35,850 nt of DNA from Acidimicrobiia bacterium (GCA_036446835.1 JAZFTT010000234.1:1-35850); one strand, 5' to 3'. Positions 1 to 8,524 are shown, counted from the stretch's first letter. Notes: generated by a model from the letters alone, not told the origin. Made by a program: numbers and translations.

Positions 1-601
1 GGGGCTCGAGACGATTGGCGACCGATCGGGACAACAGACGAGCAAGCAACGCCGACAACAGGCCGATCCCCACAATGATCAACAGCATTCCCCCGAACTG
101 ATCGGCCAGTCGGACTATCGGTGCCTCGCGGGCGAGCGCCACGAGCAAGGTGACATCAGTGTTCCGAACCGAGATCTCAGTTGGTGTGATCACCACAAGC
201 TCTCCAGTGCTCGACCGGGTGAACTGGGTGCCCGAATCCAAAGTGTCCTGATCGAGATCGACGCGGTGGAACAGGTCACTGGAGAATCGCGGATCCCCGT
301 TCGCCGGGATCACCGCGAAGGCGATATCTGAGCCTCCGGCCGCGCGCCGGATTCGACCCAATAACGGTCCCACCTGCTCGCCCTGAAGCAGTCGAAAAAG
401 CTCCTGAGCCGCTCCGGGTCTTCGCTCGACGCGCTCGAGCGTGTCTTCGATGATGGCCACCGCCTCCCGCGACGATTGCGCCATCTCGCGGTAGGTAGCT
501 TCGACCGCCGCCCTTTGCGACGCGAACGCCGAGCCGGCGAGGACGAGAAGCCCGGTGACCGCGGCGACGCCCGCGATGGTCCAGAAAAGACGACGACGCA
601 T
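1..601 (-). CDS. Sensor histidine kinase, N-terminal part (runs off the window start)
   Basis: Not in the ORF track; read by hand. ATG at 601 overlaps the response-regulator stop (TAATG). Translation MRRRLFWTIAGVAAVTGLLVLAGSAFA...GGMLLIIVGIGLLSALLARLLSRSVANRLEP shows two TM helices around an extracytoplasmic domain, then the start of a HAMP-like linker. The kinase domain is outside the window. Confidence 0.8.
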   Translation of the reverse strand, partial: MRRRLFWTIAGVAAVTGLLVLAGSAFASQRAAVEATYREMAQSSREAVAIIEDTLERVERRPGAAQELFRLLQGEQVGPLLGRIRRAAGGSDIAFAVIPANGDPRFSSDLFHRVDLDQDTLDSGTQFTRSSTGELVVITPTEISVRNTDVTLLVALAREAPIVRLADQFGGMLLIIVGIGLLSALLARLLSRSVANRLEP

Positions 602-1278
602 TACCGGCCCAACCGGTAACCGACGCCCCAAACCGTCTCTATGGGGATTCCTTCGATCTTCTTGCGGAGCTGTCTGATGTGGACGTCCACCGTCCGGGTC
701 TCACCAAAGTACTCGTAGCCCCACACCCCCTCGAGGATCTGACCTCGGCTCATCGCCAGACCAGCGTTTTCTGCGAGAAACCAGAGCAGGTCGAACTCCT
801 TCGCGGTCGGCTCGACAACCACGGAAGCGGGTGTGGTCACGGTCCGCTTGCCGCCATCTATCTCATAACCGTCGATGTCGAGGAGACGTGGCTTGGCCGG
901 CGGTTCCTCGGAGCGACGCAACACGGCCTTCACCCGAGCCATCAGCTCGCGGGGGGAGAATGGTTTGGTGATGTAGTCGTCGGCGCCCATCTCCAAGCCC
1001 AACACCTTGTCCACTTCGGAGTCTCGTGCGGTCAGCATCAGGACCGGCGTTTGAGAGAACTCTCTGATCCTCCGACATGTCTCGATCCCGTCGATTCCCG
1101 GCAGGTTTATGTCGAGCAGGATGGCCGAGACCGGTCGGATCCGCAGCCGCTCGATCGCCTCTTCTCCCGTGAGAGCATGCAAGAACCGATATCCGTCTCG
1201 TTCGAAGAACCCTCGAAGCATGTCGGCGATGGCGTCGTCGTCTTCGACGAGCAGAACCGATCTGGTGGGACCTGACAT
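601..1278 (-). CDS. OmpR/PhoB-family DNA-binding response regulator
   Basis: Receiver motifs LLVEDD, LLDINLPG (phospho-Asp), MLTAR, GADDYITKPF; winged-helix C-terminus RTVDVHIRQLRKKI...ETVWGVGY. Confidence 0.96.
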   Translation of the reverse strand: MSGPTRSVLLVEDDDAIADMLRGFFERDGYRFLHALTGEEAIERLRIRPVSAILLDINLPGIDGIETCRRIREFSQTPVLMLTARDSEVDKVLGLEMGADDYITKPFSPRELMARVKAVLRRSEEPPAKPRLLDIDGYEIDGGKRTVTTPASVVVEPTAKEFDLLWFLAENAGLAMSRGQILEGVWGYEYFGETRTVDVHIRQLRKKIEGIPIETVWGVGYRLGR

Positions 1279-1291
1279 ACCCCACAGTCTG

Positions 1292-1319
1292 CCTTCACAT
1301 TTGTAAAGAGCCGGTGAAC
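1292..1319 (-). promoter_or_regulatory. Candidate OmpR-family direct-repeat operator upstream of the response regulator
   Basis: Minus strand reads GTTCAC-cggct-CTTTAC (11-bp period, 1319-1303), followed by CAGACT 7 nt before the ATG. Confidence 0.4.
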
Positions 1320-2146
1320 TATGTCTGAGGTTTCGGAGGGATTTCTCGAATCACCGCGTCGAGCCCAGCAACTGACACCGGGTCCCCCGGCGCCAGTTCG
1401 CGTCTCACCAGGGCAAGCCCGATTGAGTTGGCAACCGATGTCAGCGTGCCGACCTTCTTGTCGCCGGCCTCCAACGGTGCTCCGGGTTCTGCACCGGCGC
1501 CCTCGATCTCGATGATGCGGAGATGCCGGTTGACGTGGCCGCGGCTGTCGATGCGAGCCACCAGCTCCTGTCCCAAATAGCAGCCCTTGGCGAAGTCAAC
1601 CGTCGACCCGACGAGACCCGACTCCTGGGGAATCGTCTTCACATCGACGTCAACTCCCCAGCGTGGTTCTCCTGCGATAATGCGAAGCGACTCGTATTCT
1701 CCGGAGTCGCCCTCTTCCAGATCGGGAAGATCCCCTCCCACCAGGGTCCTCCGAACTCCGGGCCAGGAGATGTCGGCTTCCAGACCATCGTCGGACAGGG
1801 ACCAGGTTCCGGACTCGACATCAGTTTCTCCAACCACGACTGCCAAAGGCATCTCGGATTGTTCGATGGCGACGTCGACCCTGATCCGATAGCGGCCGAG
1901 CGTCGTGACCAACTCCTCGCCACGCCCCTGGTCGGTGATCAACCCCACTTCGTCATCACCGCGGAGGACCCAGAGAATGTGATCGAGTTTTCCCTGGGGG
2001 CCGAGAAGAAGCGAACGGCTCACCCGGCCAGGCTGCATGCCGGCGATCTCCTGACTGATGAGGTCGTTGAGAAACCGGATCGTGTCGGCGCCCCGAAACC
2101 AGATGAGGTCAGGTATCTCGGGGGCGAGCCATGGTGAGTGCGTCAC
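1319..2146 (-). CDS. ygfZ: YgfZ/GcvT-like folate-binding protein (Fe-S cluster/tRNA modification helper)
   Basis: Signature KGCYLGQE(LVAR); N-terminal G.D..RFLNDLISQ. Confidence 0.9.
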   Translation of the reverse strand: MTHSPWLAPEIPDLIWFRGADTIRFLNDLISQEIAGMQPGRVSRSLLLGPQGKLDHILWVLRGDDEVGLITDQGRGEELVTTLGRYRIRVDVAIEQSEMPLAVVVGETDVESGTWSLSDDGLEADISWPGVRRTLVGGDLPDLEEGDSGEYESLRIIAGEPRWGVDVDVKTIPQESGLVGSTVDFAKGCYLGQELVARIDSRGHVNRHLRIIEIEGAGAEPGAPLEAGDKKVGTLTSVANSIGLALVRRELAPGDPVSVAGLDAVIREIPPKPQT

Positions 2147-2147
2147 T

Positions 2148-2918
2148 TCAAACGGAGGCTAGGTCCTCCAGGAAGGGAACGGCGTCAAAGATCTGGACGA
2201 ACCATGCGGAGAGGTCTCCGAGACGCCCGGTGAGCATCACCACACCGAACAGGGCCAGGAAGACACCCGACGCGATGTTGATCGGCTTCAGATATGGCTT
2301 GAGCCGGCCAAAGAACTTGAACATGCCCAGCCCGGCCAGGAGGAACGGAACACCGAGACCGAGCGAGTAGGTGACCAGCAGGAGTACACCCCGCCCGAGA
2401 GTGTCCTGGGTTGCGGCAGTGGCCAGGATGACGGTGAGCACCGGTCCGATACACGGCGTCCACCCGAATCCGAAGGCGACACCCATCACCGGCGGGGCCC
2501 ACTTGCCCAGCTTCGAAGGTCTCACCTGGACCCTCTTGTCCTGGCTCATCACTGAGAGAAATCCGCGGTTGGTGATTGCCATCGCAACCATCAGGATCCC
2601 AAAGGCAATGATCACCAAACCAGAAATCCGGGTGAACGTGTTGATGTTCTGTCTCAGGAAGGTCCCGAAAAAGGTCGCCCCGGCGCCAAGGGCGGCGAAC
2701 ACCACGGTGAACCCGGCGATGAACATGAGAATGACCCGGGTCATCCGAAGTGAAGACACATCACCGGTTTCCAGTTGTGCCGCCGAATAGCCCGACATCA
2801 TCGACAGATAGCCGGGCAGCAGGGGAAGCACGCACGGAGAGATAAACGAGATGATCCCAGCTCCAAAAGCAATCAGAAGCTGAATCAGATAGGTCGCTTC
2901 ACCAACACCTTCAAACAT
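2148..2918 (-). CDS. ccdA: Cytochrome c biogenesis protein CcdA (DsbD transmembrane-like)
   Basis: Two redox Cys motifs SFISPCVLPLLPGY and FGWTPCIGP; about 6 TM helices. Start shortened to ATG 2918 (MFEGVGE), because the longer ORF overlaps the divergent MFS gene. Confidence 0.92.
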   Translation of the reverse strand: MFEGVGEATYLIQLLIAFGAGIISFISPCVLPLLPGYLSMMSGYSAAQLETGDVSSLRMTRVILMFIAGFTVVFAALGAGATFFGTFLRQNINTFTRISGLVIIAFGILMVAMAITNRGFLSVMSQDKRVQVRPSKLGKWAPPVMGVAFGFGWTPCIGPVLTVILATAATQDTLGRGVLLLVTYSLGLGVPFLLAGLGMFKFFGRLKPYLKPINIASGVFLALFGVVMLTGRLGDLSAWFVQIFDAVPFLEDLASV

Positions 2919-2981
2919 CGTGATCCTGACAACGGGTCGACACACCGCAATGTTCCCACACCCGAGGTATACGCTCGTTAA

Positions 2982-4226
2982 ATGCACCGGGCCATTCGTC
3001 GGGTTCTTGACCCTCTTCTGCCCGTTGAGCATTTCACGCGGAACGACCGCCGTATCGTCTTCGTAATATGGGTGGCCGGGGTTGTCCAGGGGTTTGCCCA
3101 GTCACAGGCAAGCGCTTCCCTGCCGTTCACCAGGGCCGGACTCGGTCTGTCCGAGGGGGAGATGAGTCTTCTTCTCGGGATCGCCCGACTGACAGCTTTT
3201 GCTGCCCTGCCCCTCGGTTGGCTGGGTGATCACCGTGGACGAAGAAAGCCTTTCCTTTGGGCGATGACCCTGATCGTCGTCGGCGGATCGTTAGCCGGTT
3301 TGGTGAGCGAGGCGTGGCAGTTCGGGCTCTCTCACGCGGTGTTGCGCACTGGGACCGCCGCCGTTTCCGGACTCGCCATAGTTCTCCTTGCCGAGAGCAC
3401 CAGCCTGCGGATCAGGGCATATGCCATCTCCTTCTATGGCGCCGCAGTCTCGTTCGGCAGCGGTATGGCACTGATGGCGCTGCCACTCGCCGACGGTGGC
3501 GGTGAGGCGTGGCGGATACCACACCTCCTCACCGGCCTCGGGTTTCTCCTGTTGCCATTTCTCGTCAAGAACGTCCCGGAAAGCCATATATACCTGGAAC
3601 AGCCCGAAGGCGGCCACTGGCGTGAACTGGTCCGCGGCGACTGGGCATCCCGGTTCTGGATAGTCATCGGCATCGGATTCCTGGCATCGGCTTTCGGGGC
3701 TGTCGGTGCGGCGTTCTCAACGGAACGGCTGATCAATCAGGTGGGCTTGAGCACCGGCAACACCGTTGTCATCCTCCTTGTCGGAGGGACCCTCGGCGGT
3801 GTCGGCTTCTTCGTCGGCGGTCATCTGGCGGACGCATGGGGGCGTCGGAGCACGTCGGTGATGAGTCTTCTGATGGCGTTGGCAGGCGGGATAACCCTCT
3901 ACTCGGTGACCTCGGTCCCTCTCATCCTTCTGGCAGTGATGATCTCGGCCTTCGGGACGTTCGCTTTCGTACCTGCCGCGGGATCGCACCGGGCCGAACT
4001 CTTCCCGACAACCCTTCGGTCGAGCGCCAACACCGCGGCGGCCAACTTCGCCCTTGCCGGGTCGGCATTCGGTCTGATAATCGGCATCTACACGATCGAT
4101 ACCTTCGGACTCACCAATACGATCATGATTCTCGGCATCGGGGTCGCCCTCGCTGCCGGGCTGACCCTGCTACTGCCGGAGACACGAGGTCAGGATCTGA
4201 CCGCAATCTCAGCCGACCGCCGATAG
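2982..4226 (+). CDS. Major facilitator superfamily transporter
   Basis: About 12 hydrophobic segments; motif A twice (GWLGDHRGRRK, GHLADAWGRR); AELFPT..R and LPETRG sugar/anion-porter-like motifs. Confidence 0.92.
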   Translation: MHRAIRRVLDPLLPVEHFTRNDRRIVFVIWVAGVVQGFAQSQASASLPFTRAGLGLSEGEMSLLLGIARLTAFAALPLGWLGDHRGRRKPFLWAMTLIVVGGSLAGLVSEAWQFGLSHAVLRTGTAAVSGLAIVLLAESTSLRIRAYAISFYGAAVSFGSGMALMALPLADGGGEAWRIPHLLTGLGFLLLPFLVKNVPESHIYLEQPEGGHWRELVRGDWASRFWIVIGIGFLASAFGAVGAAFSTERLINQVGLSTGNTVVILLVGGTLGGVGFFVGGHLADAWGRRSTSVMSLLMALAGGITLYSVTSVPLILLAVMISAFGTFAFVPAAGSHRAELFPTTLRSSANTAAANFALAGSAFGLIIGIYTIDTFGLTNTIMILGIGVALAAGLTLLLPETRGQDLTAISADRR

Positions 4227-5497
4227 GTCAGGACGAAGACCACGCCGCGGACAACCATCATCGCCCCAAGCGCCCACCACACGCCGGTGAGACTGTCCCC
4301 CATAGGGGTGAAGACCATCAGACCGATCCCGGCAACTGCCCCTGCCCCAGTCGATATCACCATCGTTCCAAAGGCGAGCAATCCGAGAAAGATTCCGTCA
4401 GCAACAAACACCAGGGCGGCGACCGGTTCCATTGCAGCGGCGATGCCGCCAGCCTCGATAGTGAGATCTGCCACCTCGGGAGCACTCGCCAGCAGGGCAA
4501 GACCGTATCGGCCCACAGCGACGAACACCGCCAGGGCCACACCTGCGACGACACCCCACGCCGCCAGCCGTTTGGAGAGAGCATGCAGAGGGCCGAGCTC
4601 ACCCTGACCTGCCGTCTCCCCCACCATCGCCTGGGCCGCGATCGCGAAGGAGTCGGCCAGCATCGCCGAAAGCAGAAAGAGCTGGGCCACCAACTGATGA
4701 GCCGCTATTACCTCGGCGCCCTGACGGGTGGCTGTTGAAGCAGCGACCGTGAAAGCTGCAAGGAGCAGTCCGGTCCTCATTGTCAGTAGTGCTCCGTTTC
4801 GGCCGAGGGCAAGCAGAGACGGGAGGGCCTCTTTGAAGTTCCTCGGCCGGGACGCCATCCGCCGCGACCGGATCAGCCCGAGAAACCACACCGCCCCCAG
4901 GTATTGGGCGATGACGGTGGCCACAGCCGCCCCTTCGAGACCCAGCCCCAACGTGAAGATCAGCAGAGGATCGAGGACGAGATTGAGACCGTTCACGCCG
5001 GCTGCGACCACAAGTGGCGTTCGGGTGTCCATGTGGCCGCGAAACGCACCGTGGCCGGTGGTGACGATCAGAACCGCCGGCGTGGCAAGCGCCCGGATTC
5101 TCAGATAGCTGACGGCAGGCTCGGCAACATCAGGAGTCGCTCCCATCAATTCGACGAGCAGCGGAGCAGCCACCAACACGACCAGGGTCACCATCACACC
5201 GAGTCCCACCGCCAGGAGAAGGGCGTCTCCGACCCACCGCCTCGCCTCGTCTCGTCGGCCCCTGCCAAGCGCCCTGGCGACGAATGGCGTGGTCACATAG
5301 GCCAGAAAGTTGAAGGCGAAGAATGCGAAGCCGAGAATTGCCGTGTCGACACCCAGCGCCGCCAGTTCGGTGGTGCCCAACTGCGCCACGAACGCGGTGT
5401 CGGCCAGAGTCAGAAGTGGATCGATTGCCAGGGCGCCCAACGCCGGAATCGCCAGACCGAGAATCGCCCTGTCGGTCTTGCTGAGACGTAGCGTCAC
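4190..5497 (-). CDS. MATE family efflux transporter (DinF-like)
   Basis: LAIPALGALAIDPLLTLADTAFVAQLG N-terminus, RGHMDTRTP, NLVLDPLLIF..GLGLEGAAVAT; 12 TM. The GTG start overlaps the nth stop (GTGA). Confidence 0.93.
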   Translation of the reverse strand: MTLRLSKTDRAILGLAIPALGALAIDPLLTLADTAFVAQLGTTELAALGVDTAILGFAFFAFNFLAYVTTPFVARALGRGRRDEARRWVGDALLLAVGLGVMVTLVVLVAAPLLVELMGATPDVAEPAVSYLRIRALATPAVLIVTTGHGAFRGHMDTRTPLVVAAGVNGLNLVLDPLLIFTLGLGLEGAAVATVIAQYLGAVWFLGLIRSRRMASRPRNFKEALPSLLALGRNGALLTMRTGLLLAAFTVAASTATRQGAEVIAAHQLVAQLFLLSAMLADSFAIAAQAMVGETAGQGELGPLHALSKRLAAWGVVAGVALAVFVAVGRYGLALLASAPEVADLTIEAGGIAAAMEPVAALVFVADGIFLGLLAFGTMVISTGAGAVAGIGLMVFTPMGDSLTGVWWALGAMMVVRGVVFVLTYRRSAEIAVRS

Positions 5498-6186
5498 AAT
5501 GTGCTCTTACCTGCCGCCTCGAATCGTTCGGGCCACTCACAGAACTTGAACAACTCACACGATCCGCATTTGGGACGTCGGGCGTCGCACACGTCACGAC
5601 CGAATTGGATGAATCGCATCGAGAGACCGGACCAGGTGCGTGTCGGGTAGAGGGCCTTGAGGTCTTTTTCGATCCTCTCCGGGTTGGTCTCGTCAGTTAG
5701 GCCGAGACGGCCGGCCACCCTCTTGACATGAGTATCGACGGCGATCGCCGGCACATCCCAAAACTCGGCGAGCACCACCGAGGCAGTCTTGCGGCCAACA
5801 CCCCTCAGCTTCACCAGCTCCTCGATGTCCGCCGGCACCTCCCCGTCGTAGAGGTCTTCGAGATCCTGGGCCAGCTTGATGATCGACCTGGTCTTCTGTC
5901 GATAGAAGCCAGTCGAATACACAATCTCCTCCACGTCTTCTGGTCTGGCGTCTGCCAGCTCGGCGGTGCTCGAATAACGCTGAAAGAGCACAGGAGCAAC
6001 CTTGTTGACGTTCTCATCCGTGGTTTGGGCAGATAACACCGTCACCACCAACAGCTGCCACGCGTTCTCATAGTCCAAAGCGGTACGGCTCTCCGGATAT
6101 CGCTCGAGGAGTCTGTTGAAGACCGACCGAGCCCTGCCTCGCTCGGCGCGTGTTGGTGTCGTTCCGTCTGACCTGGCTCCTGGCAT
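5494..6186 (-). CDS. nth: Endonuclease III (DNA glycosylase/AP lyase)
   Basis: LLVVTVLSAQTTD, HhH motif LRGVGRKTA, VDTHV, 4Fe-4S motif C-x6-C-x2-C-x5-C (CDARRPKCGSCELFKFC). Start set at ATG 6186 because TACGAT lies 7 nt upstream; 6195 is an alternative. Confidence 0.95.
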   Translation of the reverse strand: MPGARSDGTTPTRAERGRARSVFNRLLERYPESRTALDYENAWQLLVVTVLSAQTTDENVNKVAPVLFQRYSSTAELADARPEDVEEIVYSTGFYRQKTRSIIKLAQDLEDLYDGEVPADIEELVKLRGVGRKTASVVLAEFWDVPAIAVDTHVKRVAGRLGLTDETNPERIEKDLKALYPTRTWSGLSMRFIQFGRDVCDARRPKCGSCELFKFCEWPERFEAAGKSTL

Positions 6187-6225
6187 GACGGTCATCGTAT
6201 TGGCTGGACGTAGGCCGCCCCCACC

Positions 6226-6275
6226 CGAACCTGAGGTTGTTACGCCCGTATATGGGCGTAACAACCTCAGGTTCG
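6226..6275. repeat. 50-bp near-perfect palindrome (22-bp perfect arms), REP/MITE-like or bidirectional hairpin
   Basis: CGAACCTGAGGTTGTTACGCCC (6226-6247) - GTATAT - GGGCGTAACAACCTCAGGTTCG (6254-6275); the arms are exact reverse complements. Confidence 0.9.
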
Positions 6276-6278
6276 TGG

Positions 6279-6551
6279 TTAGCGGGTGGTTTGTTGCGAA
6301 TCGTTCTGAAGACGACGGGCCAACCTCATCAGGAGCCGAATACCCAAAACCGAGGTGGCGAGGGCCAAGGTCAGGAGCACGGCGAGCTCTGCTGCCGTCG
6401 AGTAGGGGCTGTCACACGCCTCCAACCCGCTCGGGCACAACCCATATCCGGTGCCACCGTCAAGGAGGTCGACCAGGACGAGGATGGGGACGGCCGCGAT
6501 GACAACGGCCGTCGCAGAAAGTAGCAACGCACCAAGACGTATCAGGATCAC
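6279..6551 (-). CDS. Small hypothetical membrane protein (2 TM with a Cys-pair loop)
   Basis: Two hydrophobic helices flanking GGTGYGLCPSGLEACDSPYS, then a basic tail; fills the gap between nth and thyX. Start uncertain (GTG 6551, GTG 6557 or TTG 6581). Confidence 0.7.
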   Translation of the reverse strand: MILIRLGALLLSATAVVIAAVPILVLVDLLDGGTGYGLCPSGLEACDSPYSTAAELAVLLTLALATSVLGIRLLMRLARRLQNDSQQTTR

Positions 6552-6596
6552 AGCCACAACAACGAGACGGTAACCGGACAACGTTCCAGGGCGGCG

Positions 6597-6602
6597 TACA
6601 AT
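6597..6602 (+). promoter_or_regulatory. -10 element of a probable leaderless thyX promoter
   Basis: TACAAT 8 nt upstream of the GTG start; no Shine-Dalgarno between them. Confidence 0.6.
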
Positions 6603-6610
6603 CGCTCGCC

Positions 6611-8236
6611 GTGCCGGTGTACTACTCAGAGCCATTCACCGAAGACGAAACCGCTGTCCTGGGACGCTTCTTCACCAACACCGACCGCCCGGTGTTCGGG
6701 CTGATCAACCTGCCAGAGGTGGTCAAGGGTGCTCTGTTCGCAAGATACTCACGATCGCCAAAATCCCTCCGCCGGCTCTTTCTCGACGAGTTCGTCTCGG
6801 ACCCTGACACCGGGATCGAAGCGCTCGCTCGCAATCTCGACGATGACCCGAGGGTGGCCACCAAGAAGGCGGAGCAGCTCTTCACCCGGGTCTTCTTCGA
6901 CTACGGGGACGACTCGGTCGCCCAACTAGGAGGTGCTCACCTCGCTTGCGAACAGGCTTCGAACCTCCTCACCAAGGTCCTCGAATGGGGGCGTCTCGCC
7001 GCCTATCTGGAACAGTCCACGCGCTACATCAAGTACGACGTCAGGCTCGGCGTTCGCTATCGATACCTCGTACCCGACGAGATAGCGGCGTCCCCGTTTG
7101 CCGATCGCTATCTCGTCCATATGGAGCACGTGTTCGAGACATACTCGCGGATGGTGGCCCGAATGACCTCGGTGTTCGAGAAGCAGCACCCGCGAGCAGA
7201 CGATGACCCCAAGTGGATGTGGAATGCCACGATACGAGCCAAGGCCTGCGACACGATTCGGGGCCTTCTTCCGATTTCTACGCTCTCCAACCTCGGCATC
7301 TACGCAACCGGGCAGGCCTATGAGATGAGTCTCGTCCGGATGCAGGCCAACCCCCTGGCAGAGGTTCGTGAATATGCCGGCATGATGCTCACCGAGCTTC
7401 GCCAGATCATTCCCGCATTTCTGACCCGGGTCGACCTTGCCGAGCGCGGTGTCCGGTGGTCGAGCTATTTGGAGAAAGTCCGTCTCGACCTGGAAGAAGA
7501 GGGCGAGGATCTGGGGGCACCCGACGACCCCGGCCAGTCGGTCACGCTCACCGACTGGGACCCCGAGGCGGAGACGAAGATCGCGGCAGCCGCTCTCTAC
7601 GCCGTGTCGGAACTGCCCGACGCCAAACTCCAGGAGCTGGCACGTGAGATGAGCTCGGCACAGAAGGCGGAAATCGTGGCCGCAATGGTCGGCGATCGAG
7701 CCAACCGCAGGCACAAACCCGGACGTGCCATGGAGAGGTCGACTTATCGCTTCGACGTCAAATGCGACATTGGCGCCTTCCGTGACCTTCAGCGGCATCG
7801 ACTCATGACACTGGAGTGGCAGCGATACTCGACACGGCTCGGCTACGACATCCCCGATGACGTGGCAAGCCATGGTCTCGAGCCAGAGTGGTCGGCTCTG
7901 ATGGACACCTCGGGTGAGTTCTACGAGGACGTCAGGGCAGACTTGGGCCGGGACATTGCCCAATACGTGGTGCCCTTCGCCTACAACGTCCGTTTCGTCA
8001 TGGAGATGAACCCCCGTCAGGCATTTCATCTCATCGAGCTCCGCAGTCAGCCCGCGGGCCATTCGGCGTACAGGACGGTCGCCCATCAGATGCATCGGGC
8101 AATCCGAGACGTCGCCGGCCACCGACTGATCGCCGATTCGATGAAGTACGTCGACTACACCGACGTCGACCTGGAACGGCTCGATGGCGCGCGTCGGGCA
8201 CAGAAGAAACGAGACGAGGCCGCTCAACCGTCCTGA
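6611..8236 (+). CDS. thyX: FAD-dependent thymidylate synthase, long tandem-domain form
   Basis: 541 aa, about twice a single ThyX. N-half has YGDDSVAQL, YLEQSTRY, CDTIRGLLP; C-half has FRDLQRHR, AQYVVP, HLIELRS...GH. Confidence 0.9.
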   Translation: MPVYYSEPFTEDETAVLGRFFTNTDRPVFGLINLPEVVKGALFARYSRSPKSLRRLFLDEFVSDPDTGIEALARNLDDDPRVATKKAEQLFTRVFFDYGDDSVAQLGGAHLACEQASNLLTKVLEWGRLAAYLEQSTRYIKYDVRLGVRYRYLVPDEIAASPFADRYLVHMEHVFETYSRMVARMTSVFEKQHPRADDDPKWMWNATIRAKACDTIRGLLPISTLSNLGIYATGQAYEMSLVRMQANPLAEVREYAGMMLTELRQIIPAFLTRVDLAERGVRWSSYLEKVRLDLEEEGEDLGAPDDPGQSVTLTDWDPEAETKIAAAALYAVSELPDAKLQELAREMSSAQKAEIVAAMVGDRANRRHKPGRAMERSTYRFDVKCDIGAFRDLQRHRLMTLEWQRYSTRLGYDIPDDVASHGLEPEWSALMDTSGEFYEDVRADLGRDIAQYVVPFAYNVRFVMEMNPRQAFHLIELRSQPAGHSAYRTVAHQMHRAIRDVAGHRLIADSMKYVDYTDVDLERLDGARRAQKKRDEAAQPS

Positions 8237-8250
8237 CCCTCCGAGCGTGT

Positions 8251-8277
8251 CGGTGAGATCGCCCCAATCTCAGACCG
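8251..8277 (+). terminator. Possible hairpin downstream of thyX
   Basis: CGGTGAGAT...ATCTCA(GA)CCG stem with a 2-nt bulge, 15 nt after the thyX stop; no U-tract. Confidence 0.25.
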
Positions 8278-8294
8278 GGTATATCGTTCGGCTC

Positions 8295-8513
8295 ATGGCC
8301 GATTTCGACGTTGATGCGATGATCAAGCGGTTTGGTGACCGGGCAACGGTCGTCAAAGACAGACCGCTGCCCCCGGTCGCCGGTGCAGAACGACAGAAGT
8401 TCATCGAGCAGGCACAGACCGACTACACCGACTACGCCCTCATCGCCGGCTCCAGCTGGTCGGTTGAAGACAACAAACTCGTTCTGAGGATCCAGCTGGG
8501 CTCCCAAGACTGA
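8295..8513 (+). CDS. Small hypothetical protein (72 aa)
   Basis: MADFDVDAMIKRFGDRATVVKDRPLPPVAGAERQKFIEQ...LVLRIQLG; host-like codon use; TATCGT 7 nt upstream of ATG 8295; 11 bp from the next gene. Confidence 0.8.
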   Translation: MADFDVDAMIKRFGDRATVVKDRPLPPVAGAERQKFIEQAQTDYTDYALIAGSSWSVEDNKLVLRIQLGSQD

Positions 8514-8524
8514 CCGGCCATCCG

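Noticed and set aside
6226-6275. LexA (SOS) box or CRISPR repeat reading of the palindrome
   Set aside because: CGAAC and GTTCG are 40 bp apart rather than 4; there is a single unit with no spacers or cas genes.
6926-8227. 433-aa antisense ORF over thyX (likewise 12972-14471, 15718-16989, 24041-24946 and many shorter ones)
   Set aside because: Shadow ORFs on the opposite strand of recognised genes, expected from high-GC codon bias; no recognisable motifs.
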